Source of the DNA: Alphaproteobacteria bacterium
GTDB taxonomy: Bacteria > Pseudomonadota > Alphaproteobacteria > CAWBKL01
Direction: 5' to 3'
NCBI GenBank assembly: GCA_049288095.1
Contig: JBAQHC010000431.1
Coordinates: 1-34,395, forward strand
DNA length: 34,395 bases
Every line of letters starts with the position of its first letter. The first letter of the stretch is position 1. The notes below the pieces were generated by a model, which was given only the letters and a program-made list of their open reading frames with translations, ran no database searches and had not been told where the DNA came from. Shown here one piece after another: positions 33,995 to 34,395 of the stretch. The translations under genes were made by a program, and so were the position numbers.

Positions 33995-34395
33995 GCGAGG
34001 ATCTCGACGCGCTCGACCTTCTGGCAGGCGATTGGCTGTTCACGCAATCATGCGAGTTCGAGCGCGGAGTTGTCGCAATCGATCAATTACCGCCGGCCGA
34101 CCGGCCGGAATTCGCCTTTGCCGGGCGCTCCAATGTCGGCAAATCGAGCCTACTCAACGCGCTCACCGGACATGGGCATCTTGCGCGCGTCTCGAATACG
34201 CCGGGACGGACGCAGCAGCTCAACTTCTTCCGTTTGCCTGCCGACAAACGCGGTGCCTATCTCGTCGATCTGCCCGGCTATGGCTACGCCAAGGCGCCCA
34301 AGAAGGACGCCAAGCGCTGGAACGACTTGATGATGGCGTATTTGCGCGGGCGAGCGACCTTAAAGCGTGTCTTCCTCCTGATCGATGCGCGTCAT
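33991..34395 (+). CDS. yihA: Ribosome-biogenesis GTPase YihA/EngB (N-terminal part; runs off the window)
   Basis: Absent from the ORF track (no stop in the window). It has an ATGA overlap with the yidC stop. My translation is [82 protein letters not shown]...[16 protein letters not shown]... The G1 motif 'GRSNVGKSS', G2 'TPGRT' and G3 'DLPGYG' are all present. Confidence 0.88.
   Translation, partial: MSEDLDALDLLAGDWLFTQSCEFERGVVAIDQLPPADRPEFAFAGRSNVGKSSLLNALTGHGHLARVSNTPGRTQQLNFFRLPADKRGAYLVDLPGYGYAKAPKKDAKRWNDLMMAYLRGRATLKRVFLLIDARH

Noticed and set aside
1-34395. Scan for CRISPR arrays, rRNA genes, additional tRNAs, transposases, integrases and long tandem repeats
   Set aside because: None was seen by eye. 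The only TTCGAAT-type T-loop context is the tRNA-Arg at 22801..22877. The only repeat family member noticed is the single REP/MITE-like unit.

Overview
High-G+C chromosomal window (about 60-68% in hand-counted 60-nt lines). It looks alphaproteobacterial, probably Hyphomicrobiales-like: the rpmH-rnpA-yidD-yidC-yihA block, a class I PhaC and a 'cattgcgagcgaagcgaagcaatcc' palindromic repeat unit are all typical. Left part: partial hsp20, phaC, a CBS-pair protein, a fused APH-like/P-loop kinase, an L,D-transpeptidase and an outer-membrane barrel. Centre (about 7.4-21.8 kb): a dense signalling region. It holds (1) a TM-PAS-DHp-REC-Hpt protein with no ATPase domain and Arg in place of the H-box His, (2) a REC plus degenerate GGDEF/EAL-like two-gene operon, (3) another lone REC, and (4) a seven-gene Wsp/Che3-like chemosensory operon (CheW, CheR-TPR, CheW, CHASE3-MCP, CheA-REC, CheB) ending in a 976-aa REC-REC-REC-GAF-HisKA-HATPase-REC kinase. 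Right part: a hicB/hicA-type toxin-antitoxin pair abutting the 3' end of tRNA-Arg(ACG), a lipoprotein, a DmpA-family peptidase and gamma-glutamyltransferase. These are followed by a lower-G+C two-gene cassette (leaderless trypsin-like serine peptidase plus a translationally coupled ~72-aa protein), a REP/MITE-like palindromic repeat, an orphan ParA-like ATPase, Tam methyltransferase and a sensor kinase, then rpmH-rnpA-yidD-yidC-yihA (partial). I saw no CRISPR array, rRNA, transposase or integrase. All functional calls come from motif recognition by eye on the supplied translations and on my own translations of ORFs missing from the track (hsp20, rpmH, yihA). No database search was run.
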